NCBI RefSeq assembly: GCF_011386835.1
Contig: NC_088805.1
Location: 30,442,001 to 30,506,000 of the forward strand
DNA from: Chrysemys picta bellii
Taxonomy: Eukaryota
DNA: 64,000 bases
Direction: 5' to 3'
Positions 23,877 to 34,844 of the stretch are shown in pieces. A program made the position numbers and the translations under genes. The first letter of the stretch is position 1. Every line of letters begins with the position of its first letter. The notes beneath the pieces are model-generated. The model searched no databases. It was given only the letters and a program-made list of their open reading frames with translations, and was not told the origin of the DNA.

Positions 23877-26366
23877 TCATTTTTTTGGTAAAGCCATCAC
23901 TTTCCGAAATGTCAGGTTGATTCTTGGGGCTAGCACCTTCTTGCGGGTGGGCAGGCTGTGATACCAGTACACATTGGTGGGGTAGTTCATCATTAGTAAA
24001 CTGCCATGGGCCAGCTGCAGCTTGACTGGCTCAATGTGGCATGAGGCATTTTTCCCGCGGGAAGCACCGTGCCTGAAGAAAAAGTCCCTGCAGGCTCCAA
24101 AGGACACTGACGCGATGGGACTCCGTGGAACCAATTCTCTCTCATCATCTCGATGTTCACCTATGTGATCACAGCCATCTTTATATCTGTGAGGGGGAGG
24201 ATTAAATTAGCTCTTCCATCCACTGTACAAGCATATGCCAAGACACTGCTTTACTGCAGCATATTTATTTTTTATACACATACAGAGACTATTACTGGAA
24301 ATCAAATCTTAATTTAGTCACAAATGAGTCTAGCTTTCTCACCCTCGTGGATGATTTTCTACCACACAAACTGACACACACACTTGCGAGTTGGTTATCT
24401 GGATGAGAAAGACGGAGGGGCTCGCTTGAAATTTCACCGCCTTAGCCTCATAGACAAATCTGCATTTTGTGCAGGGCTCGAATGGAGGAGAGTTTCCTGT
24501 GACTTCGTTATACTTCTGCAGAACACACTGAAAATGTGCCACGTAGTGTGTTCCAGACTAACGCACATCTTGGGGAGAGGTTCGTCCCTAACGTCTCTCT
24601 CTCTCCTCCTCAAAAATGACCCAGTTCAAACACCAATTCTGTGCTTGGTTTGCAATCACTGGGATGCCACTCAGCTGAGCCTATTCCTTGTCTCAACAGG
24701 TGTGCAAGGATCATAGGATTGGGTCCCTGGTGTTTAATCATTCAGCAGTAACAGAACTATCTCCATTTAGATAATGTTTTCACCCCTCAGCCAAAACTAC
24801 GAGAGGCACTAAAGAAAGAGCTTAGCTTTTTGAATGCTTTCCAGTACTCTATTAGCTAGTTAACTCCACATTGGAAGTTGCGTATCCACAAATCCCTTTT
24901 CAAGAGTAAAATGAAGTGGCAAATAACTGCTTAATGATACCTGACTAGTAAAATGTCCTACAATCAAACTGTTGTTTGAACAGAGATGCTTACTGCCATC
25001 AGAAATCAAATGTTACCTGTTAATAAGAACAAAATTAAAAGTGTGTCCAGTGGCCAGGGTGATGCGCTCTCTGATACGGTTGAGAACTGGAATCCATAGC
25101 TTAGGAGAAAAGGTAACACCTGAGTAAGTGTATGTTAACTCAGGATCTCCATATGTCACCTGCTTCCTTGGGATGTTGTGCCATTTGCCAAACACTTGCA
25201 CTTTGGTAAGATCACCTGTTTGAATAAGAGTTTGGGAAAGTCAAGACCGATTTATCCTCCTTTTAGACAGCTAAGTAGCAGTGGGGTTTTTTTAAAGTTT
25301 AGAGTTAGGTCAAGTGCAATTATCAATCATTCCTACTGCAGAGCAGAGTATAACATATTCCCTGCTGTGCAGCCGCTCTGAGTGTGACTTAGAATGACAA
25401 TGCCACTAAATGGTGCTGCACATCTTAGCTTAAAAACCTGTCCATTTTAAAAGTGTTGCTGTCCAAAAACAATGACAGGAAGCTGACTAACACTAGAGAT
25501 CTACATGTATGAGACTCCTCATGAGGGATGGAAATAGCACCGTGCTCTGGGCTTCTCCCACATCACTCCCTGTTATTGAATGGGCGGGGATAACTGTAAA
25601 ATAACAGAACTAAAACTTGAATCCTTTCACCTTTCATGTGTTTTGCATGTTTCATGCTGTGGCCTTGATCATGCATAAACTTAAGAATGTGAGGTTGCAG
25701 GGTAGCAGGGTAGCATATGCATATGCTCTAATAAATTTGTTAGTCTCTAAGGTGCCACAAGTACTCCTGTTCTTTTTAAGAATGTAAGTGAGCCCACTGA
25801 ATTCATGTGCTTAATGTTACGCATATGCATATTTGAAGGATCTAAGCCTACGTTTGCCACTTACCCACTATGGGCCTGATCATGCAAACACATCTACCCG
25901 TTGGGACCTTTAATCCCATTAAAGCCAATGGGTATCCACTTAGAAGTAAGAGTCTGAGTGTACAGACTGTATGTAGGATTGGGCCTTCTGCGTAAAAACT
26001 TCCTCCCACCTATCCAATCCTGCACTGAAGTCATAAGGCAGAATGTGTCATGCCAATTAGAGATGGAGAGACATTAGGTCTGTTCGTCTGTTTACCTTCA
26101 AAATATTCCACTTCCTTTTCCAGCTCCTGGAAAATCTTGTCAGCCTCAGTTTTGCCGAACAGGATCTTGTAATCGCAGTTCAGACCCTCAGCCCGGATTT
26201 GCTTCCATGGAGAATGCACCAAGGACTCATCTGCACCTGGCATTTCTGACCGGGGCCTTTTCTTCTCTCCCCCATCTCTCATGCAGTCCAGCCCTCCTCC
26301 CGTCATCTCTAAGGGTTCTTGTTTGTTCTTGCCTGGGGAAGGCCTTTTGACCAAGAACTTATCCAT
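23877..26366 (-). CDS. ALKBH2: DNA oxidative demethylase ALKBH2 (Fe/2-oxoglutarate dioxygenase), 3 coding exons, 259 aa
   Basis: complement(join(23877..24186,25017..25215,26096..26366)) = 780 nt, GT-AG, in frame. MDKFLVK start; VQVFGKWHNIPRKQVTYGD; HxD motif in IGEHRDDERE; WYHSLP; RINLTFRK. Acceptor 12 nt upstream of the ATG (exon starts at 26378) implies a non-coding first exon. Confidence 0.98.
25722..25776 (+). mobile_element. Penelope-like 3' fragment
   Basis: tatgctctaataaatttgttagtctctaaggtgccacaagtactcctgttctttt matches the copies at 7190-7260 and 21985-22039. Confidence 0.8.
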
Positions 26367-28949
26367 TCCTAGCTGCCCCTAAGAAACAGTCATCAGCCTG
26401 CAACTAAAAGGCCTGATGGGATTTCACTCTTGTTAGATTCTGGGCTGCGTGGAACTACAGGGGCCTGGGAAATTTTAAATGCTTCGTTGAACACCTGTAA
26501 AATCCTTGCTCCCAAGCAACAGAGACTTAAAACTACCTTAATATGACTCCTAACAGATGGGGGATCGCTGCACCTCTGTGGAATGGAGAACCGGCTCCAA
26601 CGCACTCAGTCATTCCAGGGTCATCCTCAGAGTCTGGGCAATGCTCCTAGCGCCAGACAGATCGTTACTTAGGACTCCACTGAAACTGGCCTGGCTATCA
26701 GCTCACTAAAGGCATCCAGGCCACAGAAACAGCTCCTGCAGGCCTCATTTCCAGCAGCAATAGCTACTTCCCTCCCACCACTTCCTGTCTGAGACACAGA
26801 GCCAAATGTTCCACCCTTGCTCAGCCCTCCCACCCAAGCAGATTGTTTTGCTCTGTAAGGCTTGTAGCAAGGTCCCCTGGCACCACCTACTGGATCTTCT
26901 TAGAAGCATTTATAAATGACTAGAAACCACTCTCAGCCTAATGATAACTGAATCCACCACATTTATATGCATCAATCATAAGTCCTGTTTAACAGGTGAC
27001 TGTGCCAAACAATGTTATTTATTTTGTATGGCTTTGAGGGCTTCATATAAGGCAAGCAATCAGGCACTCAATTCGGGCACTTTTATCCTAATGTGCATAG
27101 CTTAGTAAACACTCATTACAGCATTTAGCTCCTAATGTTCTGGCCTAGCAAATTTAAGGCTGGATTTCATGCACACATTCCAGGATCCATGTCACAGGTG
27201 TATGTTCACTCCTTTGCCAACAAAATGAACGAATGAGGGATTTATCTCACATCAGTTATATTATTAATCATTTTTATTAACGTTGTGCCCGAGGGCCAAT
27301 CAAGAATGGGGCCCCATAGGCAGGTGCTGTACAAACACAGAATAGTAGACAGTCCCTGTGCCAGAAACCTTACAATCTAAACAGACCAGATAGATCCAGG
27401 GTGGGGAAGGGGTAGAACACAACAGCAGAGTGAATGATGGAATGATAGCAAATGCCATGTTAGTACCACATTTAAAAAAAAATTATATTTATTTATTTTT
27501 GGTGTAGATGTATTTAGGAGGGAATTGGCAAAATGCAAAGGGAAGGGGGACAGGGTAGAGGAGGGTAAGAGGGGCATGCATAGAGTGAAAAAGGTGCAAG
27601 TGCTATTCACACCTGTACTGACAGGGCCATGGTGTTCTGGGCCCCTAGTGTCTTGGGCACAACTTAAGAGGCAGCATGGTTACTGCATAAGGAGATAGAC
27701 TGGGACTCAGAAGATGTAGGGCCTATTCTTAGCTCTGCCACTGACTTGCTGGGTGATCTTGGGTAAGTCACTTTCCTCTATTTAGAGTGTAAACTCAGAG
27801 CTGGCAGGGTCTGTATAATGATTAGCACAATGAGGTCCTAATGTGTTTAGGATACTAACTAGGTGCAGTCATATAAACAACAACGAGTAACTTTAATTGT
27901 AATGCACACAAGTCAGTTTGTCCAGGCAGTCGCACCTAAATAAGTATTTCAAGTTCCTTTTCCAGCTGCAAGCACCTGGCACCCACATGCTCTACAATTT
28001 ATTACCATCCAAGTGCTCTTATTCCCCCCCCCATGAGTGGCTTTGTGATTAAAGCACTAGAGTGGGTGGCACGACTTTGGGGTCACACACCTGCTTCTGC
28101 CACTTTAACCTCTCCATGTAAGTTAGGGATAATAGCACTTCATGGGTGTTAAAGAAACACAGAGTTTTGTAATTCTTTAGGGAGCATCTCAACTTAGCCT
28201 CATCACTGCTACTTCCACTATAAACCTGCTTCCTCGTGTCATTTCCATTTACTTCTTCACTTGTTTTCTGTCTTCCCTGTTGATGTTTTCAGCATCCTCA
28301 GACAGGGTTGATAGAACGAGTTACTTAGCATTTGTAAAGAGCTCTGAGGAACCTGTTATGCAAGAGTTAAGTTATTTTATTTTGCTTGCCAAATAGCCCT
28401 TGTTCTGATCCGTCAAAACCCACCTGTGTTGCAATGCACCGAAGCTACAGAGAGATGTGATGGACAGCCTTAAAGTGCCAATTTTTGAGTTTGTAAACAA
28501 GATCAGGGCAGTCCGTTTGGAGTTGAGGCTCATGTCCCTTCCTGGCGTCATCCCCTTGCGCTATTCAGGCCCAGCACATCCAAGGAAAGACTTATTAGTT
28601 ACCAACCGTTTCTATTACGGCAGCACCCAAAGGGCTGTCAGGGTCTCATGGGGCTGGGTTGCAGCCCACCTCCCCCAGAGGCCCTGTAATCACCCCCCTC
28701 AGTGCTGCTTCCACCCCATCTGCCTGCAGGCCACACATCATCCACCCCCTGCTGGAAATGGGATTAGAATGAAACTGGGGTGAACCCATCAGAAGGGGGG
28801 AGACAGGGTGCATGGGGGTGCCACAGGGGAGGTGGGGGGACACACAAAGTGGCGGAGCAGGGAACCCGTGGGGGGGGGAAGGCCAGACCCAAAGGTGGGT
28901 GGGTCACTGAGCGGGGTGGGGGGTGGTAGATCCACAGGGGACCTGAGAA

Positions 28950-29266
28950 TGAAAACCACGGTCTGTTACCCACGTGCGTGAGCGCTGAGGGGCGGGGAGG
29001 AGACTGCCCCATTGCGCACGCGCTGACTGCCCCTAGGGACCCTCTCAAGCACGTGCTACCGCCAAGGTCCCCCTCCCCTTCTTACGCATGCGCACTCACT
29101 TGGCGCCAATTTCGGTCAGTCCTTCACCCAGGCGGCCGCCGGCCACTACCTCCGCCGGCTCCCGTGTGGGGAAGGGGCCGCCTGTCCCCGGCTAGCCGGA
29201 CCCCGTGTGTGGACGGGTCCGCCCCTCCCCAGCCGGCCGGACCCGCGGAGCCCACCCGCCGCCGGC
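28950..29266. promoter_or_regulatory. Shared head-to-head promoter of ALKBH2 (-) and UNG2 exon 1A (+)
   Basis: CpG island; E2F-like TTGGCGC (29100-29106) overlapping CCAAT (29106-29110); candidate minus-strand donors for ALKBH2 exon 1 at 29100 (CAA|GTGAGT) and 28970 (TGG|GTAACA). Confidence 0.7.
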
Positions 29267-32200
29267 ATGATCGGCCAGAAGACGCTGCACTCGTTCTTCC
29301 GCGCGGCGCCGCCGCCGAGGAAGCGGGAGCGCTCCCCGGAGCAGGGCGGGGATGCTGAGGTACGGAGGGGCCGGGCGGGACCCGGGGGCAATGCGGCCAT
29401 GCTCGGCGGCCAGCGCTTAGCAGAGCTTATTTAAAAGACCCGCCGATGAATGCGGCGCCGCTTTGGGGGATTGACCAATAGGAGCGCGCTCCTTGACCCA
29501 CGGTCCAATGGGAGGGCAGAGCTGGGAGAGGGGTGGGGCCAGACAACTTGGCGGGACTTCGGTAGTCACTGGCCAGTAGGGAGCGGGTTTCCATTCTCAG
29601 CGTCCAATCGGAGGGGTGGGACTGGGCGGGGTCGATACCGCGGCGAGCTCAGTCGGCGGCTCTTCATAGCGAGGGGCCAATAAGGGGAGCGGTGGCCTTG
29701 CCCTTGGCCAATGAGGAACGAGGGCGAGTGCCACGCGCGCTTTCCGTGGCTGAACATCCAATAGGAAGGGCGCTCCCCTGGGGGAAACACGCGCGGTTTT
29801 CCCGCGAAGTAGCCACGTGTTTGCGCGGCGCAGGGAGCAGTTGTCACTTAGCCCCTCCCAGGCTGGGGGGCGGGAGCCCCAAGCGCTCCGGCCACAGCCG
29901 CTCGCCTGCGGTACCCCGGGGGGGAGCAGTCCTGCCCGGCTCGCCCCGCTCCACCATGGGGCTCGCCTGCCCCTTGTTTCTCCGCGCGGGGCCGGGCCGC
30001 TGCGTGCTGCCCCCTCCCAGTAGCCGTCTCTTGTGTCGCGACCTCCAGGCCAACTTCCCCAAAAAGCTGAAGCTGGTGGAAGATGATTCGGGGAAGGCCT
30101 CGCCCCGCTCCCCTCCGCTGAGCCCCGAGCAGCAGGAGCGGATCCGCAAGAACAAGGAGGCGGCTCTGCAGAGACTCGCGTCGCGAAGCGTCCCCGCGGG
30201 GTTCGGAGAGGGCTGGAGGCGGCAGCTGGCGGGGGAGTTCACTAAGCCCTACTTCTCCCAGGTGAGTGAGCGCAGGAGGCTTTGCCCGGGGGAGGAGCGT
30301 CCCGCAGCAGCAGCTCGTCTGTAGCTGCTCCGTGCCTGCCCCTCTCCCTCGCCTGTACTGACCGCGCACCCCCTGCTTCCTCTAGCTAATGGCATTTGTA
30401 GCAGACGAGCGAAAACGTCACACCATCTACCCACCCCCGCAGCAAGTCTTCACCTGGACGCAGATGTGCGACATCAGAGATGTAAGTGCCCCTGGGGCGA
30501 CCCCTGCAGTGCCGGGGCGAGAGTCGGGATTTGCTGCTTTCGGATGTTTTTGATAAAAAGATGAAAGCTGTATTTGCAATCAGGCTCCAGAATGCCATGC
30601 ATGTGTTGACTCTCATGGGTTTTCTGCCTGGAAACCCAGTGCTTTAGAATGTGAACCCTGCTTTGTCTCCTGTAGTGTTTGTGTACTTTGCCCCTGTTTT
30701 CTCATCCAGATACTGAAATAGGGATTTCTGCATTGGTTGTTTCCATCCATGACTGCAACATAATGCTCTTAAAAACGTTAGCTGTCTTCTTGGCCTTTTT
30801 TCCCCTCGCCCTCCCCATTTCGGCACTGCCTTCTTTCAGATGCAACTTGGCTGTGATCTACAAATTTTTACTTTGTAGCAATACATACAATTCTAGATAT
30901 TTTGAGATATTAAGAAATATTGTTGTGTTATCCGCACTAATTAGTGTCTGTGTTCAGGTAAAGGTTGTCATCTTGGGACAAGATCCTTATCATGGACCCA
31001 GTCAAGCTCATGGACTTTGCTTTAGTGTCCAGAGACCTGTTCCACCTCCACCTAGGTAGGGTTATGCTTTATCTGTTTAAAAGTCTGCCACTATTTACTG
31101 GGTAGGTTATATATAGGCATACAGCTGTTTGTGGGTTTGCCTTTCTGACTGCCTTTGAGGTAATTGTTTTGTGATTTGCTGAAAAATTAATTTTATAACA
31201 TATGACAGAGTATTTCTACTTGTTGGGGAGCAGAAAGATGTCAGAAGAATGACTCGTATTGAATTTTAAGGTGTATACTTTCTGGAAAAGATCACCTTGA
31301 TCAGTGGGTCTATTAGTCCTCACAGAGAGCGCGCTGATCACAACACGTCATTCGTGTTCTAGCCAGTCCTTCAGCCACCCACTGACCAGGCTGTCAGTGG
31401 CACCAGACACTCAATTGGCATAGCGCACCGCAACCCAGGACTGCTGAGCGATCCACCAGCCTCAGCCGCCCAAGTAGCTGGGATTACAGGCGCACGCCAG
31501 CACACCCAGAGCCTTCTGGGAAAGAATTACTACAAAAATAAATTGGTGAATTCTACACAGACTTCTGGCTCCTCCAAGGTGGTGATGTATTCCCAAGTAT
31601 TTAGGGTCCAAACCTACAAAATTGGGTTTCCATGCAGATCGAATTGTAGTATCAGGGCCTTACACAGGGATGACCTGCAGCCTGATGGCACAGAAGAGCC
31701 ATTCTTGTCTTGGTTTCACAGAGGTCTTTATTTTCTAAATTGGATTGGATTAAACTTGCTTGTCTTCCTGTATTGCATACAGACACCATTCTGTGGCTCT
31801 ATTCACTCAGGCATCCATCCTGCAAATCCTTAAGCAGATGCTTAACTTCAAGGAGATGTGTGGTCCCATTGCCTTCAGTAAGCATTTGCATAAAAGGCAG
31901 CAGTATCAGGGACGTGGTATTAATTAAAAAGATAGGTAAAGAAAAGGACCTGTCATATACATCAGATAAATCAGATGACTATAATTTTCCTAAATGGGAG
32001 TTGGATGACACATCTAGAATGCGAGATTAGATTTTTAGTTCTTGGTAAAAGTTCCAATTGTAATATACAAAATCATTAACTTGTCTCTTTGATAATTGCA
32101 CAGAAATATTCTAAAAATCTCTTCCATTATTTTTGTTTGCAGTTTAGAAAATATTTACAAAGAGCTGTCTGCAGACATAGAAGATTTCACCCATCCCGGT

Positions 32201-34844
32201 CATGGAGATCTAACTGGGTGGGCCAAGCAAGGTAATCAATCTGTTCATCCTTCCTGGGTTCTTCATTTAGACCGTGTCTGTACTAGCTCTTATGTTGGCA
32301 AAACTTTTGTCGCTCTGAGTGGCATAAGTATTGCCAGCATAAGCGCTCGTGTGCACAGCGTTATGTCTGTGGGAGATGCTCTCCTGCTGACATAGCTACT
32401 GTTGCTCATTGAGCTGGTTTTATTATTTCGAAGGGAGAGCTCTCTTCTATCAGTACAGCTGTGCCACTGTAAGCTTTTCAGTGTAGACATGGCCTAAGTG
32501 GGGATTTTCCTCCTCAGTGAGTGGGTTGTAGTAGCAATGTTAATCTAGCTATTGGTACTTTCCAAACTACGTGGCTGAGATTTATTAAAAGGAACCATTT
32601 AAACCCCCCCAGCCTTTTAATGTTCATAAAGTGGTTAAATAATACTGAGTCGAAGCATGTAAAAAGTGAGCCTGTGCTTATGCACAGCTTAACCACGTCA
32701 GCCTTGACCTTATACATACACAATTGTCTTCATGTTCTCCCGACAAAGCACGTGTGCAATGTGCTGGCCTTTTTAACAAAGAAGAGTTCACAATTTTTCT
32801 TGAGGTGTATTCTCTCTAATGATTCTTGCAAAAATCCACTCGCCTGGGGGAATAGCTTTTTGATGGGTGAGTGAAATAGCATCCTTTTTATTTATTTATT
32901 TTCTTTTTCTTTTTAAATAATGGTAAAATGTCTGAGAAAATATTATGCTTGGCTGCAGGTCGGAAAACCTTTGTGATAGCTGTGTAAAACTGATGACCAC
33001 TCCCCAACAAGCATACAGCTTAATTGTAATGAATGATTATGCGATGTCATTACTGAAAATCTCATGAAGGTCTCAGAGTTCATCTCTAACTTCCGTGGAG
33101 TTGCCTAGGGAGGTTGTGGAATCTCCGTCATTGGAGATTTTTAAGAGCAGGTTGGACAAACATCTGTCAGGGATGGTCTAGATCGGGGTGGGCAACGTTT
33201 GGCATGCGGCTCGCCAGGGTAAGCACCCTAGCGGGCCGGGCCAGTTTATTTACCTGCTGACGCGGCAGGTTCGGCTGATCGCGGCCCCCACTGGCCGCGG
33301 TTCGCCGTCCCGGGCCATTGGGTGCGGCAGGAAGCAGCGCAGGCGAGGGATGTGCTGGCCGCGGCTTCCCGCTGCCCCCATTGGCCCAGGACGGTGAACC
33401 ACGGCCAGGGGGGCTGCGATCGGCCGAACCTGCCGCGTCAGCAGGTAAATAAACTGGTCCGGTCCGCTAAGGTGCTTACCCTGGTGAACCGCGTGCCAAA
33501 CGTAGCCGACCCCTGGTCTAGATAATACTTAATCCTGCCATAAGTGCAGAGGACTGGACTAGATAACCTCTTGAGGACCCTTCTAGTCTTATGATTCTCG
33601 TGTTAATGATACTGACTCAGCATTATAGTGGTAAATCTGTTTATGCGGACATGCTGTAACTTTAAAGGAAAACTCCATTAAAGCCTATTAATTTACAGAA
33701 ATTATACTTAGCCCCTATATTTATCCCCTAAATGGGTCTATTTCTTAGATGGGTTTCTTAATGACATTTTCTCCCTACTTTGACAAATGGATTGTTTGAA
33801 AACTCTGTACTGGTATCTCTCATGGATAGTTTTCCCATGAACAAAAGCTTAAATGATTTTTTTACCATTACAGATCCAGCAAAAGACTGGAAGAGAACTT
33901 ACTACTTTGCAAACTAATTCATGTTTTCTCTGTCCACATTGATATGTACATGTCTTGTTTGTGATTAGGAGTACTTTTGCTCAATGCTGTCCTCACAGTC
34001 CGAGCACACCAACCTAATTCCCACAAGGAAAAAGGCTGGGAACAATTCACTGATGCAGTGGTGTCATGGCTAAACAATAATTTGGATGGACTTGTCTTCA
34101 TATTGTGGGGAGCTTATGCACAGAAGAAAGGCATCTCTATTGACAGGGTATGGTTTAATTTTTCATATTTCTAGAAGTCTCAATGCTTCTTGCTTCACTT
34201 GGGACATTTTTGGTAGGATGCCATCCAGAGGGGGCTTTTGGTCATAAGTGGAAAAAATGGTTGCTGCTGCCTACTATTCTATAAAAAAAGCTAGTAGACA
34301 GTTAAGGGACTCAAGGAAAGTTGTGCCTGTCCACTTCTGTCACCTCTTTTTGTTCCAAGAGTGCTTATCCTCTAGGAACAAGAACAATCAATGTGGAAGA
34401 AATTAAGATACTGTTGTGTGAAGAGGCTCAACATTATGATGTGTAGTTTATCTCCTGCAGGAAACTTCCCAGAACAACTTAAACTCTTTGTTGTTGCTGT
34501 TTATTAGAAATGCAGCCATTTGTTGAGTGCAGAAAGCCTGGGCTTCATGGCAAACCTATGTGCTCTTGTTTTTAACTCGAACGACGAAGAGATACTTGCA
34601 ATTTCATTTCTGCATTTGATAATAGCACAGATGAGCAACTTCCATCTAGGATCTGAAAACCTGCCAAGTTTCTCATTCTTTTGTTATCTCCAACTTCTTA
34701 CAGAAACGTCACCATATTCTACAGACTGTCCACCCCTCGCCTCTCTCTGTGCACAGAGGGTTTTTTGGTTGTCGGCATTTCTCTAAAACCAATGAACTGC
34801 TGAAGAAGTCTGGCAAGAAGCCCATTGACTGGAGAGCACTCTGA
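29267..34844 (+). CDS. UNG: Uracil-DNA glycosylase, nuclear isoform UNG2, 302 aa
   Basis: join(29267..29359,30049..30261,30386..30481,30958..31055,32143..32231,33969..34147,34704..34844) = 909 nt. PIP-box [11 protein letters not shown]; RPA-binding-like [13 protein letters not shown]; catalytic GQDPYH; leucine loop HPSPLS; ends KKPIDWRAL*. Confidence 0.97.
29460..29955 (+). promoter_or_regulatory. UNG: UNG internal promoter (PB-like) for UNG1
   Basis: Six same-strand CCAAT boxes (29475, 29505, 29604, 29677, 29708, 29758), E2F-like TTGGCGGG (~29548) and TTTCCCGC (~29788), GC boxes. Confidence 0.75.
29956..34844 (+). CDS. UNG: Uracil-DNA glycosylase, mitochondrial isoform UNG1, 302 aa
   Basis: ATG in perfect Kozak CCACCATGG; 31-aa Arg-rich leader with almost no acidic residues, [31 protein letters not shown], reads in frame into the shared part at 30049 (internal acceptor CTCCAG|GCC); exon 1B is 29956..30261, then the same exons as UNG2. 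Confidence 0.92.
31292..31513 (-). mobile_element. 7SL-RNA-derived retroposon (SINE-like or chimeric retrocopy) in UNG intron 3
   Basis: Reverse complement of 31404-31512 aligns to the 5' ~110 nt of 7SL RNA (ctgggtgtgctggcgtgcgcctgtaatcccagctacttgggcggctgaggctggtggatcgct-cagcagtcctgggttgcggtgcgctatgccaattgagtgtctg); candidate TSD ttctggaaaaga / ttctgggaaaga (31280-31291 / 31514-31525). Confidence 0.8.
32270..32494. mobile_element. PIF/Harbinger-type MITE in UNG intron 4
   Basis: Ends gaccgtgtctgtacta...cagtgtagacatggcc, flanked by tta/taa. Confidence 0.75.
33101..33598 (+). mobile_element. CR1 LINE 3' fragment with nested hAT MITE
   Basis: ttgcctagggaggttgtggaatctccgtcattggag...gggatggtctagat[MITE]aatacttaatcctgcc...cttatgattct. 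Confidence 0.9.
33184..33515. mobile_element. hAT MITE nested in CR1
   Basis: TIR-like cggggtgggcaac...gtagccgacccctg; perfect TSD gtctagat (33176-33183 / 33516-33523); interior related to the MITE at 11085. Confidence 0.92.

Noticed and set aside
29692-29955. N-terminal extension of UNG (210-aa ORF from 29692)
   Set aside because: The extension runs through the CCAAT-box promoter; the ATG at 29956 has a perfect Kozak context and matches the UNG1 start.
31404-31512. Primate Alu contamination or a functional 7SL gene
   Set aside because: It includes 7SL sequence absent from Alu, lacks the Alu A-rich linker and dimer, has candidate TSDs in host intron sequence, and lacks an intact S domain.
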